In this document: positions 21,453 through 31,109 of the stretch, one piece after another
Layout: every line of letters begins with the position of its first letter
Position numbering within the stretch: position 1 is the stretch's first letter
IMG/VR virus record: IMGVR_UViG_3300034102_002082
Location: 65,857 to 129,856 of that record
Direction: 5' to 3' (one strand)
Length of the DNA stretch: 64,000 bases
Source of the DNA: a virus
The notes under the pieces: generated by a model
The model's database searches: none
The model's input: only the letters and a program-made list of their open reading frames with translations
Told to the model about the DNA's origin: nothing
Translations under genes and position numbers: made by a program

Positions 21453-22464
21453 TTCTTATTTGGCTAGAGGAAATTTTATTGTCGTAATCAATTAAACTAG
21501 AATGGAAAATCAGAATCTTTTCGTGCTTTTTATGTTCTTCATCAGATACCCATTTACAATGTCTACCAAATACCAAGAATTTCACGCTCCCATTAGAACC
21601 AAAGTATTTTTTATCTTCGTCTGATATTCTGTCCCACGTATCTACCCCACAAACAAAATTTACATTCGTTAGATTTGGATAGTTTTTTGCTAACCATTCA
21701 TATTTAGAAACAAATGTTCTGTTATATGATAATATAACGTCTTCTCCAATCTTATCTATCCTAGAATTTACATCATCGAGATTTATCGCTTTCTTATCGA
21801 AATTTTTTATGCTTATTTCGAGATAAGTTTTATTTCCCGTGATTTCTTCCGACAATTTCTTTATTTCTCTATGGGCATCATGTATGGGGTTAAAGCTACC
21901 GGGATATACATTTATAGAACTTTCTACAATAAATCTAGCGGGAATATACTTAATCTCATATTCAGTAGGAACCAGAACACAACCACTTACTATAATTAGA
22001 TATGCTAATTTTATCATTTCCTCCGTGTGTCGCAGTATGTCGTGTTCTTGTGCATGTCTACGATCACCAGTAAATCCACCAACGTAATTGAATTTTATGG
22101 ATTTGGATATTTCAAAATTGTAACCAGTAATTACGATATTGGCTAAATTTACTCGCCCCTCTCGTTCATTATTAGCCGCCAAGGAGCAAGCAATACCAAT
22201 ACCGAAATGTCTATTGCCATTTTTACCAAATTCTTGAGATACTACGGATAGCTCTTTAGCCGATTCGTAACTGGCGTATTTACTCCAACTATCGACATGG
22301 ATATATTTATTAAACATATCCATGTCGTTTATGAAGTTTGCGCCCAAAATGATCGAACTTCTTCCGGAAACGGAGCAAATATTTGATATCGTAATAGTGC
22401 CTCCACCAGCAGTAGATATGTGGAAAGTTGCGCCTATTTCTTTTAGTTGTTCAATCGTGTGCAT
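21439..22464 (-). CDS. CinA-like domain fused to NadD/NMNAT-type nucleotidyltransferase
   Basis: YPGSFNPIHDAH (HxGH-type), VCGVDT, ISSSQIR; N-terminal TAGGG...VSGRSSII; next to NAMPT. Confidence 0.7.
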   Translation of the reverse strand: MHTIEQLKEIGATFHISTAGGGTITISNICSVSGRSSIILGANFINDMDMFNKYIHVDSWSKYASYESAKELSVVSQEFGKNGNRHFGIGIACSLAANNEREGRVNLANIVITGYNFEISKSIKFNYVGGFTGDRRHAQEHDILRHTEEMIKLAYLIIVSGCVLVPTEYEIKYIPARFIVESSINVYPGSFNPIHDAHREIKKLSEEITGNKTYLEISIKNFDKKAINLDDVNSRIDKIGEDVILSYNRTFVSKYEWLAKNYPNLTNVNFVCGVDTWDRISDEDKKYFGSNGSVKFLVFGRHCKWVSDEEHKKHEKILIFHSSLIDYDNKISSSQIRNETR

Positions 22465-22471
22465 TGGGTAA

Positions 22472-23875
22472 TTAACCTTCCTGTATATTTTTCTTGATAT
22501 CAGCTAACGTGTATTCTTTCATGATCTCGCCATTTTCAAATACAGTTACTAATTCATCACCAATTTCTGGATATTCATGTAGCTGGACAGTTTTGTATTC
22601 TCCGTTGATTTTGATCAATTTTATTTTGCCTTTCTTCGAACGCTTACCGCTATCTGTTATTGGATCTTTAAAGATATCGATCCATTTTCCGTCTACCTTT
22701 GCGGCACATGCCTTGAACGCAAATTTACACGTATCGCGATCTACATTTTTAACAAGTAAGCCACCACCAGAACCAACGGTTAAATTATCTGCACTCCAGC
22801 CCAATTTAACTATATGTTCATACAGGGAATTAATCGTTGTGGGTTCCATTCCATCTCCCTGTATTACGCCGACATGTGGATCTAATACCTTATAACCACC
22901 AGTGTTGACTGTTCCTCCAAATTTATTCCATAAGATTTCGAGAACCTTCGGGATGACATCAAAGAAATCACCCGAATCTGGTCGAATTACTAGCTTACCA
23001 TTGCGGTTAATAACTTCATCTCGCAATACACCGCCCCAGATGTTTTCACAGCAGTTATAGATATTATATGTATCACTAACACATGCTATCGGTCCTTCTG
23101 GATACTGTTTTAGGAAATTTCTACACGCATCGACCTCATGCTCTCGACCAAAAGAACATAGAACCGAGTGTTCTGTTGCTGGTATAGAGAATCCACACAT
23201 ACCGGAACTGTAATTCTTTTGTAGCATTCGCACGCCGGATACGGTATCTGTTCCCATAAATGACAATAAATGAGCAGCAGCACCGATTGCAGAATGTTCT
23301 TCGCAGGTTGTTCCACGATAGGAAAAATCGTGACAACGGAAATCAATAGATTCCGGTGTTCCAGATTGTTTCAAATGATTGACGATATCTTGCTTGATGT
23401 TATTAGACTGTGTTGCGATTGTTATGGAATACCAAATCTTCAGTAACAATGTCTCGATGAAATTAGTTAACCAGTAACATTTTTCGTCTGTATTTTCTAC
23501 TGTTACCAATACATTTCCGGTCGCGATAATCGCACCTTCCTTTACTGCTTTTATACGTAATGGTAGTTTTCCTCCACAATTATCTCGGATATACTCCCAT
23601 GCTGCTCGGTTGAATACATCCTTTCTTCCAAAGTGTTCTTCCCAGAATGCCTGCGCCTCATCAATTTTCTCCGTAGTAACTTGTACACCAGAAATTATCT
23701 TCAGGTAATACTGAAGCCCAAAGAAGACCGTTTTATTAAATCTTCCTCCACGGGACTCTAGGTAACTTAGCATTATCTCAAGTTTTGGACAATAAGCATT
23801 AATGTGGGATATTTTATAGCTATCCGTACAAAGCAAGAGGTTAATATTTTCTTTATTTTTATATGTAGTTGTCAT
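22472..23875 (-). CDS. nadV: nicotinamide phosphoribosyltransferase
   Basis: TDSYKISH, FFGLQYY, HDFSYRG, SIPATEHS, VSDTY, IRPDSGD, IQGDG, KDPITD. Confidence 0.95.
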   Translation of the reverse strand: MTTTYKNKENINLLLCTDSYKISHINAYCPKLEIMLSYLESRGGRFNKTVFFGLQYYLKIISGVQVTTEKIDEAQAFWEEHFGRKDVFNRAAWEYIRDNCGGKLPLRIKAVKEGAIIATGNVLVTVENTDEKCYWLTNFIETLLLKIWYSITIATQSNNIKQDIVNHLKQSGTPESIDFRCHDFSYRGTTCEEHSAIGAAAHLLSFMGTDTVSGVRMLQKNYSSGMCGFSIPATEHSVLCSFGREHEVDACRNFLKQYPEGPIACVSDTYNIYNCCENIWGGVLRDEVINRNGKLVIRPDSGDFFDVIPKVLEILWNKFGGTVNTGGYKVLDPHVGVIQGDGMEPTTINSLYEHIVKLGWSADNLTVGSGGGLLVKNVDRDTCKFAFKACAAKVDGKWIDIFKDPITDSGKRSKKGKIKLIKINGEYKTVQLHEYPEIGDELVTVFENGEIMKEYTLADIKKNIQEG

Positions 23876-23895
23876 GATTTCTATCACTACACCAA

Positions 23896-24867
23896 CTATC
23901 GTGATATGTCAAGTGTATTTTTGATTTCTGTTGCGTACCATCCCTTTGATGGTCCACGCAAAACTCTTCTTCCTACTTTTCCGGCATTTGTCAATAATGT
24001 TGGGTGCTTTATTCCTCTCGATTTACAAAATTCAACTAAATTACCATCAACAAAATACACATTGTCGTTGTTATCTACTATTTTCCATTTTTTTGCTTTT
24101 GGGTTTTTGCTTCCCTTAAATCTACCCAATTCCTTTAATTTATTTGATATATGAATTTTTTCTTCGGTTGTACATTTTCTTCCAAGAGTCGGGTGACCAT
24201 TTTTAGCAAATGCTTCTCGTAACTTTCTTTTATGTTCCTCCGAAGAATTTCGTTTTATGATTTTATTTGTGTGTTCCGCTCTCTCTGCTTCCGATAATGT
24301 TGCATACCAGTTCTTTACTTTCTCAGAATGTAACTTTTTTTGTTCATCTGTCCACTTTTTTCCAAACATTGCATTTTTATCTCCGATATGGGATAGTCTT
24401 TGTAATTCTAGATGTTCCGGTGTTCGTTTATAATAATGTGCTGGATGTAGTTCCCCTTTTAGTCCGTACATACTATTTTTTTCTCCTGATGTGTCTGGTC
24501 TAAAGTCCCCACCATCTGTTAGATTAGTTAACGGACCCATATTTAAATCTCGTCTTCCTATTTTCGATATAAGCTCAATCTCTATACGTTTTGACTCATC
24601 TACTGTCAAATTCTCGTGGATTTTTATTATTATCGGATCGACGCCATATGAAAGGATGCTTTTTATTCTATAGAACTTATGAAAGTTTCCTGTTCTTATT
24701 GATTTTTTTCTCTGTGCTTCTACTAGATGGTCTTTATATCTATTTCTTTTTCCTATACCAACATAAAATGGCTCATATTGGTATTTTAAATCTTGATATT
24801 CGAAATTTCCTGTTTTTGTCGGATCGAAATAAATATAAACGTAATTGATATTGTCATTAATTGTCAT
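23896..24867 (-). CDS. GIY-YIG-type homing endonuclease with NUMOD3 repeats
   Basis: YVYIY...PFYVGIG...R, NLTDGG, repeated GEKNSMYG / GDKNAMFGKK. Confidence 0.85.
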   Translation of the reverse strand: MTINDNINYVYIYFDPTKTGNFEYQDLKYQYEPFYVGIGKRNRYKDHLVEAQRKKSIRTGNFHKFYRIKSILSYGVDPIIIKIHENLTVDESKRIEIELISKIGRRDLNMGPLTNLTDGGDFRPDTSGEKNSMYGLKGELHPAHYYKRTPEHLELQRLSHIGDKNAMFGKKWTDEQKKLHSEKVKNWYATLSEAERAEHTNKIIKRNSSEEHKRKLREAFAKNGHPTLGRKCTTEEKIHISNKLKELGRFKGSKNPKAKKWKIVDNNDNVYFVDGNLVEFCKSRGIKHPTLLTNAGKVGRRVLRGPSKGWYATEIKNTLDISR

Positions 24868-24899
24868 ATATGATAAATATATGACAATCGTAGATTATA

Positions 24900-25346
24900 T
24901 CAATAATTTTTTAAAAATGGTATTAACATATCCATTAAATGTTTATGTTCATGTACAACCATATCGGTTGATAGGTCATAAGTACTTTCCCATTTTACGG
25001 ATTCGATATCGTCATTTGCTACTGGCTCTCCTCCTTTATATTTGCATAGATAAAATATTGTCTTTATGCAATCTTGTGTATTTCGATATCTTTCATCGTC
25101 GATTTTAGCAGTACCCAAATAAATCAAATCTGAAGTAGTTACGATTAATCCTGTCTCTTCTTCTAACTCTCGTACTGCGTCGGCTTCGAACGAGTCATTT
25201 TTTGGATCAGAAAATCCACCAACGAACCTATATAAATTTTGTTTTGGTTTTTTTGCTAGAAGTACTCTATTAAGGACATGATCATAGACGGCGATATCTA
25301 CGGTAGTAAAACAAGTTGGGTATTTAAAAATTTTAGTATTTTCCAT
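24900..25346 (-). CDS. Nudix hydrolase (ADP-ribose pyrophosphatase-like)
   Basis: Nudix box GGF...EADAVRELEEETGL; TVDIAV and ANDD as in NadM-type Nudix domains. Confidence 0.88.
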   Translation of the reverse strand: MENTKIFKYPTCFTTVDIAVYDHVLNRVLLAKKPKQNLYRFVGGFSDPKNDSFEADAVRELEEETGLIVTTSDLIYLGTAKIDDERYRNTQDCIKTIFYLCKYKGGEPVANDDIESVKWESTYDLSTDMVVHEHKHLMDMLIPFLKNY

Positions 25347-25376
25347 ACACCAACGTTACCAGTAAAAGTAAAATTG

Positions 25377-27155
25377 TCAAGAAACTTTTTTATTCCGCAA
25401 TATTTTGTTGGTGATTGTTTTCGAAACTGTTATAATTTCTTTAACGTCTATGAAATTAGAATCCTTCCCATACATCATAGAAAAAGCTAGTCTTTCTGCA
25501 TTATCTTCCCCTATATAATAACACAACGAGAGTAAATTCTTATCTCGTTGCATTCTGGTAAAATATTGTTTCGTCTTTGCTATTGCTTGTGCTCCACAAA
25601 AATTAATTCCAGTTTTTTGGAAATATGGCATACCATCAGAAAAATTTATAAAAATAGAATCTAATTCGTGATTTGATTCCGGTATTACCGATGATATTAA
25701 TGGGAATAATAATCCTTCGGGTGTACCCCCACCTGGATGTAATAGAGGGAATAAAGAGTAAACTTTATTGAACTTGTCTTTTCTACTATCGTATGCGATA
25801 ACTAAACACGGATAATTATCATCCCTCTTTATCGTGGTTCTAAAACTAATTACGACTTCTACATTTTCCGTTACCGATGTTGCTTTCGCTATCGCTACCG
25901 CACATATGATTGAATTTTTCCATTTCCCATAATCATTTTCACTCATAGATCCACTGGCGTCTATTGATATATGGATATGACATTTTTTGTAAGATTCTGT
26001 TTTTGATCTGGTGAATATCCTATCATTCCCAGTTCCGACAGAAAATAACAACCTCTTATCTATTTTTCCGGATACCTGTCTATTGGTCAATGTTTTATTG
26101 ATTTCCCCTCGTATTTTCCATTTGCTTGCCAATATTTTTCCCAAAACTATTCCGCTATTAACGGATTCTATTCCTATGTTTCCTTTCGAGAAACTAGAAT
26201 ATTTTGCGATAGGCAAATCCAATGATGATAAATTTCCAGCATTTATATTTTTTATTAGTATGCATTTTATGTCATTTTCTAATTTAAATTCATCTGAATA
26301 TTTCGATTCCTTTTGTTGTGGTTCTTTATCTGTTGGTTGTTTATCTTCTCCATCTTCTAGTTTTTCGTAATTACCCTCGACCCATTCTTCACACTTATTT
26401 AGTATATCGCCACTATCTCCACCATTACTTTTAGATTCAGATTCTATTTTTTCTATATTTCGTAATAGTATCAATAATATATTTTTGGCTACGTCCAAAC
26501 GATCTATCGGTTTTATTAGTCTATTTATATTATCCAAATCCAATTCATTGTAAATTTCTTCTAGCCCATTCAACGCGGATAAGTCGGTAGATTTGTTGGT
26601 TAGATTTATTATTCTGAACATGTATGAATCTATCGATTCATCACGGAATTCGTTTGAACTTAGTGTCATTCCTATTTTTTTATTATTCCAGAATCTGTTA
26701 TATAAATCTACGTAATATCCTCGATATCCTATAAACTTATCATACGCCCAATTATCTATAAACCTATCTTCAACATAATTCAGTAATTTTTTATATATCT
26801 TAGAAATTTCCCCAATATCTATTTTCTTCTCTTTTGCTATTTGTGATGCTTCTTTTGGTATTTTCATCCATAAGGTCTTGAATATATCAAAATTCGTATG
26901 GAGAATATGACAAGATTCATGTAAGATTATACCTACTGTAGAATCCAAACTATCAACACTAAAATCCTCGTCTATCCATATACTTTTACCATCAGTATAA
27001 TTTTTCTCTCCCTTGAATTGGACGGGTATTTCTTTTTCCGTTATTATCTTTACGAAGTTTTTTATCGCTGATCGATATAGTTCTCTACGATTTTCAATGG
27101 GTATATCTTCATTAAATATCTCATCACTTATCCAGAAATTTGTTTCCGAATTCAT
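25377..27155 (-). CDS. CobT-like protein: N-terminal HEXXH domain plus C-terminal VWA
   Basis: YTDGK, LHESCH, NYVEDRFID; MIDAS DASGSM, GGTPEG, FSDG. Confidence 0.85.
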   Translation of the reverse strand: MNSETNFWISDEIFNEDIPIENRRELYRSAIKNFVKIITEKEIPVQFKGEKNYTDGKSIWIDEDFSVDSLDSTVGIILHESCHILHTNFDIFKTLWMKIPKEASQIAKEKKIDIGEISKIYKKLLNYVEDRFIDNWAYDKFIGYRGYYVDLYNRFWNNKKIGMTLSSNEFRDESIDSYMFRIINLTNKSTDLSALNGLEEIYNELDLDNINRLIKPIDRLDVAKNILLILLRNIEKIESESKSNGGDSGDILNKCEEWVEGNYEKLEDGEDKQPTDKEPQQKESKYSDEFKLENDIKCILIKNINAGNLSSLDLPIAKYSSFSKGNIGIESVNSGIVLGKILASKWKIRGEINKTLTNRQVSGKIDKRLLFSVGTGNDRIFTRSKTESYKKCHIHISIDASGSMSENDYGKWKNSIICAVAIAKATSVTENVEVVISFRTTIKRDDNYPCLVIAYDSRKDKFNKVYSLFPLLHPGGGTPEGLLFPLISSVIPESNHELDSIFINFSDGMPYFQKTGINFCGAQAIAKTKQYFTRMQRDKNLLSLCYYIGEDNAERLAFSMMYGKDSNFIDVKEIITVSKTITNKILRNKKVS

Positions 27156-27156
27156 T

Positions 27157-27894
27157 TTAAAATAACTTTTTAGGTAACTTTTTTCCGCTTACATATTTCT
27201 GACAAAGTTGTTTTATAAAAGTTCTTTCGCTAGTATCACCACCATCACCCGAGAAAGTTGAATAAACTACGTTTTCCAATACTTCACTCACAGAGAATCC
27301 ATCGTCTAACATCTCACCCATTTCTACGGATGTTCTCGTTGATATGTAGCTAGTTATTCTAGAGTCTGGTTTTTTAAATTCTGCGCGTATTTCATAGCTA
27401 ATTTGTGATATGCATTTTATATCTTCTTTATCTAAATCGGGATATTTAGAGAATAGTAAATCATACTCTTCTTCAGCATCCAAGGTTTCAATCTCAATCT
27501 TTACTGGAAATCTATCCATTAATGCTCTATCCATTATTCTGGTAGATGTGTATTCAGTTCCTATATTCGCCGTACTGATAAATGATACACCTTCAGCTAC
27601 TTTTACCAATTCGGAATCTTCCTTTTCATCCAATCGAACGCATCTTTGGATTGGATCTAGTATAGGAAGAATTATATTCCAACCATCTGGATGGCATCTG
27701 CTCAATTCATCAAGCAATATTACTGCTCCTTCTGTTCGTATAGCCCGTATGAATGCAGACTCGTTAAATAGGGTTCCTTGGTCTTTAACAAGGTGAGTGT
27801 TACCAATCAGTACCGATCTAGGGTCTTGAGTACTTCCTAAGTTTACACACATTAGATTTTTTTTTATTTTATATCGTATTTTAAATTTTTTCAT
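27157..27894 (-). CDS. MoxR/CobS-type AAA+ ATPase, C-terminal fragment
   Basis: NLGSTQDPR, Walker B ILLDELSR, TANIG, DRALMDRF, ISTR; no Walker A; start MKKFKIRYK at 27894. Confidence 0.88.
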   Translation of the reverse strand: MKKFKIRYKIKKNLMCVNLGSTQDPRSVLIGNTHLVKDQGTLFNESAFIRAIRTEGAVILLDELSRCHPDGWNIILPILDPIQRCVRLDEKEDSELVKVAEGVSFISTANIGTEYTSTRIMDRALMDRFPVKIEIETLDAEEEYDLLFSKYPDLDKEDIKCISQISYEIRAEFKKPDSRITSYISTRTSVEMGEMLDDGFSVSEVLENVVYSTFSGDGGDTSERTFIKQLCQKYVSGKKLPKKLF

Positions 27895-27912
27895 TATATT
27901 TATATAAATATA
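27895..27912. promoter_or_regulatory. palindromic bidirectional late-type promoter
   Basis: Perfect 18-bp palindrome TATATTTATATAAATATA carrying ATATTTAT on both strands, between divergent starts at 27894 and 27927. Confidence 0.65.
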
Positions 27913-27926
27913 GACTAGGAACGAAA

Positions 27927-28676
27927 ATGACACAATATATTATTTACGCTTTATTAGATACCTCTAGACCTATTAATTTGACGTTAGGTGAATTCATATT
28001 TGATTATGTTCCTATCTACATAGGAAGAGGAATTAGATTATCTAGACCATACACACATATTAGACGAGCATTAAATGGTGATACGAGAACAAAAATTAGA
28101 GCAAAGGTAAAGCAATTGGTAGACAGTGGTGTGGAAGTAAGACCCGTGTGTTTAAAAACCCAATTAAATAAAAAAGCCGCAGATGATATTGAAGTTGACT
28201 TAATATTTAAACTTAAAAGAGTAAATGAAGGTGGTACTTTATATAACGTATGTGACGGTGGGGATGGTGGTGACACATTTACAAATAATATAAATAAAGA
28301 AGAGATTAGAAAGAAACTTATGGGGAGAATGCCATGGAACAAGGGACTGACAAAAAATACAGACGACGTTGTTCGTTCCGTATCAATAAAGAATAAGAAT
28401 AATTTAATAAATGGGAATCTGGTTGCGCCATCGTTTAAGGGAAGAAAACATTCACAAGAAACAATAGATAAGTTGAGTAATATGCGAATTGGTGTAAAAT
28501 TAGGAAAATATAAACCACGAGTAAGTCTTAAGAAATATATTTTAACATCTCCCACTGGAGAGACTATAATATCAAATGGACAAAAAGAATTTTATAATTT
28601 ACTTACTAATATGAATTTAAGTATATATAAATTAAAACTTGGTAAGCATGTCGGTTGGACATTAACTACCAACTAA
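27927..28676 (+). CDS. GIY-YIG-type homing endonuclease, antisense inside the AAA+ gene
   Basis: YIIYAL...IYIGRG...R, LYNVCDGGDGG, PWNKG, FKGRKHSQETIDK (NUMOD3). Confidence 0.85.
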   Translation: MTQYIIYALLDTSRPINLTLGEFIFDYVPIYIGRGIRLSRPYTHIRRALNGDTRTKIRAKVKQLVDSGVEVRPVCLKTQLNKKAADDIEVDLIFKLKRVNEGGTLYNVCDGGDGGDTFTNNINKEEIRKKLMGRMPWNKGLTKNTDDVVRSVSIKNKNNLINGNLVAPSFKGRKHSQETIDKLSNMRIGVKLGKYKPRVSLKKYILTSPTGETIISNGQKEFYNLLTNMNLSIYKLKLGKHVGWTLTTN

Positions 28677-28921
28677 ATTTCTGTTTCTTCTATTATTTCT
28701 ATCGATTTATCTAATTTCATTTTCATAAGTTCATCTTCAGTAACTATCTTCTCGTGAATTATATTACTGATAGCTTCCGCCGCTTTTATCGCTGCTAATG
28801 TTTTTCCAGATCCACTCATCCCATATAATAATACATTTTTTCCTTTATTGATTGCCCAAATAAGGTATTTCCAGTGTGCCTCATTTATTTTTAGATCTTT
28901 TGGTATCGGTGGAATTTTCAT
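28673..28921 (-). CDS. MoxR/CobS-type AAA+ ATPase, N-terminal fragment
   Basis: WKYLIWAINKGKNVLLYGMSGSGKT (Walker A), then a 30-aa non-AAA tail. Confidence 0.85.
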   Translation of the reverse strand: MKIPPIPKDLKINEAHWKYLIWAINKGKNVLLYGMSGSGKTLAAIKAAEAISNIIHEKIVTEDELMKMKLDKSIEIIEETEI

Positions 28922-28938
28922 ATATAGTGTATAAATAT

Positions 28939-28972
28939 AAAACCCGCTCCTTTTGAGAGCGGGTTTCTTTTT
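28939..28972. terminator. intrinsic terminator
   Basis: AAACCCGCTC-loop-GAGCGGGTTT with flanking A/T runs. Confidence 0.8.
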
Positions 28973-28986
28973 GTTTGGTTTATATG

Positions 28987-29231
28987 TTATTTAAATATTG
29001 AATCTAACGTGTTTATAAAATCTAAAATATCATTCTTAAATTGATTTTCTCTGGTCTTGTCAACTTCTAATTCGTCTAGATAATTCTTTAGCATTGGCGA
29101 TACTGTTTCCTTATTAAACTTTAACATGTATGGAACATATTGTTTATACTTTTGGTGTGATTTATATGATATGATCTTTTTATTTAGATAATCTAGTAAT
29201 TGATTAACTGATTTTCATCTTCTAGTAACAT
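28987..29231 (-). pseudogene. small ORF with a one-base frameshift near its 5' end
   Basis: MLLEDE in one frame, continuing KSVNQLLDYLNKK...LDSIFK in another; span 245 nt = 3n+2. Confidence 0.45.
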
Positions 29232-29232
29232 A

Positions 29233-31071
29233 TTAAATGTGTCCCTTACTTTTCGCATATTCTTTCATTTCTTTTGTTATATCTCTACCTCTCTGCATTA
29301 TTTTATCCATTTCATTGCCTCTACTATCCTCATTTATTCTCGAATTGAAACGACGCATCGGTTTATTTTTTGTCTCATTTTCTAGAGTATCATCAATTTT
29401 TCTTAATTGTTTTTCTGTGAGTTCAATTATCGGATTTACTGTTTCAATATCATCCTTTATTATTGGGTACCACTTATCCTGTATTTTTACGTTTATATTA
29501 TGTACTTCGAAACCAAATTCTTTTTGTGTACCAAATGCATGGTCAAAAGAATCATTCGTTATTTCTCCGTCTCCATTATATTCGATTTCATATTCATCGA
29601 ACGTTGGAAATACTAATTTTAATTTGTCTACTTGTTCGTCTGTTAATTCTATGTATTTTTGATTATTTGCTTCGTTGATCTCTTTTTTAGTATCAACACC
29701 ACCGTCTGTAGAATTACCGGATGATGGATTTCCATATTTTTCTTCTAGATCTTCATACATCATTTTAGCGAAGTCATCATCTTCTGTTTCTATTCCGCGA
29801 GATAGTCTGGATGGTTTATATGGAGAACTACTTAAAACTGAATATAAGTTACTTGCTTGGCCGTTATAATAATGAGTAGCAAACCAGTATATAGCGACCT
29901 CTGCGGAATCTTGTTCGTATCCGAGTCCAGCATATCTCGCCTTTAAGAATTTCACCATTTCTTCTTTTGTCGGATCATCTATTCTCCATGATGATTCTTT
30001 GATGTTTTTATTCTCACCAAATCCAGCAAACGGAGAATTTTTAAGTTCCAATGCAGATTTTATTGCTGAATTTATATCCGAGAAGTAAAGTGTTTTTGCT
30101 CGTTCGTCGTTAATTCGTTCATTATCAAAAAACTGCTCTACTGCTATTTTATTTTTCTGTTTGTCTTTGCGTACTTGTATGGTCATCGATCCATCATAAT
30201 ATTCTGCATACCCGTACTCTATCTTAAATCCTTTGCTCTCTAATGGTTTTAAGCTGTTTACGAACGTGTCGTTTATGTTCGGTTCTTGTCGTTGGCTAAA
30301 CGATTCTTTAATTTTTTTACTGGCAGTTTCTTTTAACATCTCACGGATGCTTTTCTTGATTTCTTCCTTCAATGCTTTCATTTTAGAAGTACCATCCATT
30401 TTCTGTGTTAATTTTTCTTCCGAATTATTTTTCTTATCGGATTTTAATTTAACCTTATCTTTGGATTTGATATCTACTTGCTTCTCAAATTTTGTAGAAT
30501 CCTTCATACCAGCAGTTCCTTTTACTACTTCTTCTATATCACGATCTTTAACATCAACTGGCTTATGATCAATTTGCTTTTTTAGTTTCTTTCCGTCAGC
30601 TTCCTTTGATTGATCCGCATCTTTTTCGCTCTTCTCTTCTACTTTCTTTTCCTCTTTTTCTGGAATTGCACTCTTCTTATATGCCTTTTCTGTATAAGAT
30701 GAACCTTCTTTTCTTCCCTTTAATGTCTCTTTTATCAATTTCTCAATATTTTCGAATTTTGTAGCAGTTAACGAAAGTCTCTCTGATCCATCTAACATAG
30801 CTACTACATTGAATAAATCACCATTACGTGTAACTTCTATAGTAAATTTCTTTCCAGCATCACTATCAACTATTTTAATTTTGCCATTTTCTTGATTAAA
30901 AATAACCTTGGCGTCAGAATCGACGCTCTCTATACATTTTTCTAACTTTTTTACCAATTCTACAGGCTCAGGATTAACCTTAGATGCCTTTGCTGCGTCC
31001 ATTGTTATTTCTTGTAGGACTAATGGGCGAAGTATTTCTTTTAACTTTTCTTTGAGAATTGATTTTTTCAT
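29233..31071 (-). CDS. Lys/Glu-rich multidomain protein, probable internal virion protein
   Basis: Repeated L/I-x-E linkers (ILKE, VLQE, LKEE, IRE, IKES, INEA, INED); late-type motif upstream. Confidence 0.55.
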   Translation of the reverse strand: MKKSILKEKLKEILRPLVLQEITMDAAKASKVNPEPVELVKKLEKCIESVDSDAKVIFNQENGKIKIVDSDAGKKFTIEVTRNGDLFNVVAMLDGSERLSLTATKFENIEKLIKETLKGRKEGSSYTEKAYKKSAIPEKEEKKVEEKSEKDADQSKEADGKKLKKQIDHKPVDVKDRDIEEVVKGTAGMKDSTKFEKQVDIKSKDKVKLKSDKKNNSEEKLTQKMDGTSKMKALKEEIKKSIREMLKETASKKIKESFSQRQEPNINDTFVNSLKPLESKGFKIEYGYAEYYDGSMTIQVRKDKQKNKIAVEQFFDNERINDERAKTLYFSDINSAIKSALELKNSPFAGFGENKNIKESSWRIDDPTKEEMVKFLKARYAGLGYEQDSAEVAIYWFATHYYNGQASNLYSVLSSSPYKPSRLSRGIETEDDDFAKMMYEDLEEKYGNPSSGNSTDGGVDTKKEINEANNQKYIELTDEQVDKLKLVFPTFDEYEIEYNGDGEITNDSFDHAFGTQKEFGFEVHNINVKIQDKWYPIIKDDIETVNPIIELTEKQLRKIDDTLENETKNKPMRRFNSRINEDSRGNEMDKIMQRGRDITKEMKEYAKSKGHI

Positions 31072-31109
31072 ATAATATATTAGTATAAATATGCGGAATT
31101 ATAGATTAA

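Noticed and set aside
27860-28770. Split intein or group I intron in the AAA+ gene
   Set aside because: The added segments are only about 30 and 12 aa, with no N-terminal Cys block or His-Asn end. There is no non-coding space for an intron core.
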